Part shown: positions 63,981-64,000 of the stretch, piece by piece
How the letters are laid out: each line of letters opens with the position of its first letter
How positions within the stretch are numbered: the stretch's first letter is position 1
DNA from: the human T2T-CHM13v2.0 reference genome, Homo sapiens
Assembly: GCF_009914755.1 (NCBI RefSeq)
Contig: NC_060947.1
Reading direction: 5' to 3' (one strand)
DNA length: 64,000 bases
Position numbers and translations under genes: made by a program
Notes under the pieces: generated by a model
Databases searched by the model: none
Told to the model about the DNA's origin: nothing
The model's input: the letters and a program-made list of their open reading frames with translations, nothing else

Positions 63981-64000
63981 TTTTAAAAACTGGGGCTGAG

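Overview
Primate, almost certainly human, genomic DNA. I recognise it as part of pseudoautosomal region 1 (PAR1, Xp22.33/Yp11.3). The anchor is the non-coding first exon of P2RY8 on the minus strand (~36245-36510, donor CAG|GTGAGC at 36245/36244), which is the exon fused to CRLF2 in B-ALL. Bases 1-36244 are P2RY8 intron 1, and the rest is upstream intergenic DNA. No protein-coding exon is supported: the long ORFs are translated microsatellites or Alus. The window is mostly repeats: roughly 60 Alu pieces, L1, MaLR/ERVL/ERV1 LTRs, MER20, MER82, one MER85 piggyBac MITE, (TATC)n/(TCCA)n blocks, purine/pyrimidine tracts and several VNTRs, some amplified from LTR fragments. I cannot support a wholly new gene system. 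The best leads are: a MER85 and duplicated Alu-borne cryptic RSSs within 1 kb of exon 1; a 19-codon uORF in exon 1; a B-cell motif cluster in intron 1; an ~800 bp (AAGGG)-like Alu-tail expansion; and widespread signs of local repeat homogenisation. Repeat subfamily names come from remembered consensus sequences, and boundaries are approximate (+/- tens of bp).
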